DNA of 25,242 nucleotides from an uncultured Verrucomicrobiales bacterium (GTDB lineage Bacteria > Verrucomicrobiota > Verrucomicrobiia > Verrucomicrobiales > DEV007): NCBI GenBank assembly GCA_938091905.1, contig CALKOM010000209.1:1-25242 (forward strand). The letters run 5' to 3'. A program made the position numbers and the translations under genes. Shown one piece after another: positions 24,670 through 25,242 of the stretch (its first letter is position 1; each line of letters opens with the position of its first letter). The notes beneath the pieces are model-generated. The model was not told where the DNA came from. It did no database searches and was given only the letters and a program-made list of their open reading frames with translations.

Positions 24670-24991
24670 ACCATGACCATAAAGACAATTTCTCTACTAC
24701 TGTCATGGATATTTCTGAGTGAGCCATCGACATGCCCAATGTGCACCGATGGCCTATGAATTGGTCCCAAATACGGGCGTCTCGCTGTTAGTCGAAGGGT
24801 AGAGGCTATGGTTGTTCGATTGTGATAACCATGGGTGAAAACGGGCCAAGTACCTGAGGAGGTCGAGTTTGTATCCCCTACATTGGTCGCTGCTGCCGGG
24901 AATTGGTCGAGGGAGCATGGGAATCGTCCTTGGCTTCTAGATGCCAGTCGCTATTCTTGGCCCCCACTAAACAACCACCGCTTAGCAATCC

Positions 24992-25242
24992 ATGAGAGAT
25001 ACTATCATCGTTCTGGCTCGACTCACTCTTTTCGCATCCTCTGTTTTTGGCGCGACCTTTCCCTGCAGTGGTGAGGAAGAAGCGAAGTCGAAGCCGAAGG
25101 AACTCCAGGTACTGAAGGCCTCGATAGGAATTTGGGATGCGGAGTTTGAGGTTTGGCCGGTGGGCTTGGACTCGCCCTCCATGACGTTTAAAGGTGTGGA
25201 AACGAATCGCGCCTTCGGTAATTATTGGATCGCTTCCGATTT
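24992..25242 (+). CDS. Exported DUF1579-like protein, 5' part only
   Basis: Not in the ORF track. MRDTIIVLARLTLFASSVFGATFPCSGEEEAKSKPKELQVLKASIGIWDAEFEVWPVGLDSPSMTFKGVETNRAFGNYWIASD, open to the window end. The LK..IG.W...KG.E......W pattern is typical of DUF1579. Confidence 0.75.
   Translation, partial: MRDTIIVLARLTLFASSVFGATFPCSGEEEAKSKPKELQVLKASIGIWDAEFEVWPVGLDSPSMTFKGVETNRAFGNYWIASD

Noticed and set aside
24218..24739. 173-aa minus-strand ORF
   Set aside because: Its composition is not protein-like. An alternative frame over the same DNA gives a more convincing interrupted membrane protein.
23100..24990. Integron cassette array (short co-oriented genes with GTT-containing spacers)
   Set aside because: I could not pair R''/R' and L''/L' boxes into an attC hairpin, and there is no intI in the window.

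Overview
Chromosomal window from a PVC-superphylum bacterium, most likely Verrucomicrobiota. This is inferred from the DUF1549/DUF1553 plus DUF1501 gene pair, three Cys-type sulfatases, peptidoglycan genes and a Verrucomicrobia-type LexA box. From 1 to about 22,080 it is a compact, mostly ordinary region: a partial internalin-like LRR gene missed by the ORF track, a rhodanese/DUF1573/AEC-transporter run, a hypothetical-LysM-accA operon, a two-domain nagB, the DUF1553/DUF1501 pair, rodA, two hypotheticals, three sulfatases, a DeaD-type helicase, an MmcB-like PD-(D/E)XK nuclease gene and tRNA-Asn(GTT). From the tRNA 3' end onward the sequence looks like accessory, decaying DNA: a broken molybdopterin oxidoreductase, an AlkD-like gene, small membrane genes and a partial DUF1579 gene. 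The most interesting signals are (1) a perfect 13-bp inverted repeat containing the SOS box TGTTC-N4-GAACA that touches the start codon of an MmcB-like nuclease carrying a ~73-aa insertion, (2) a tandem GntR/HutC (NagR/DasR-like) palindrome between nagB and the DUF1553-DUF1501 operon, (3) three enzyme domains that appear to have lost catalytic residues and (4) a GTAG-type REP doublet. No CRISPR array, integrase or intact transposase was seen. All family assignments come from motif recognition by eye, not from database searches.
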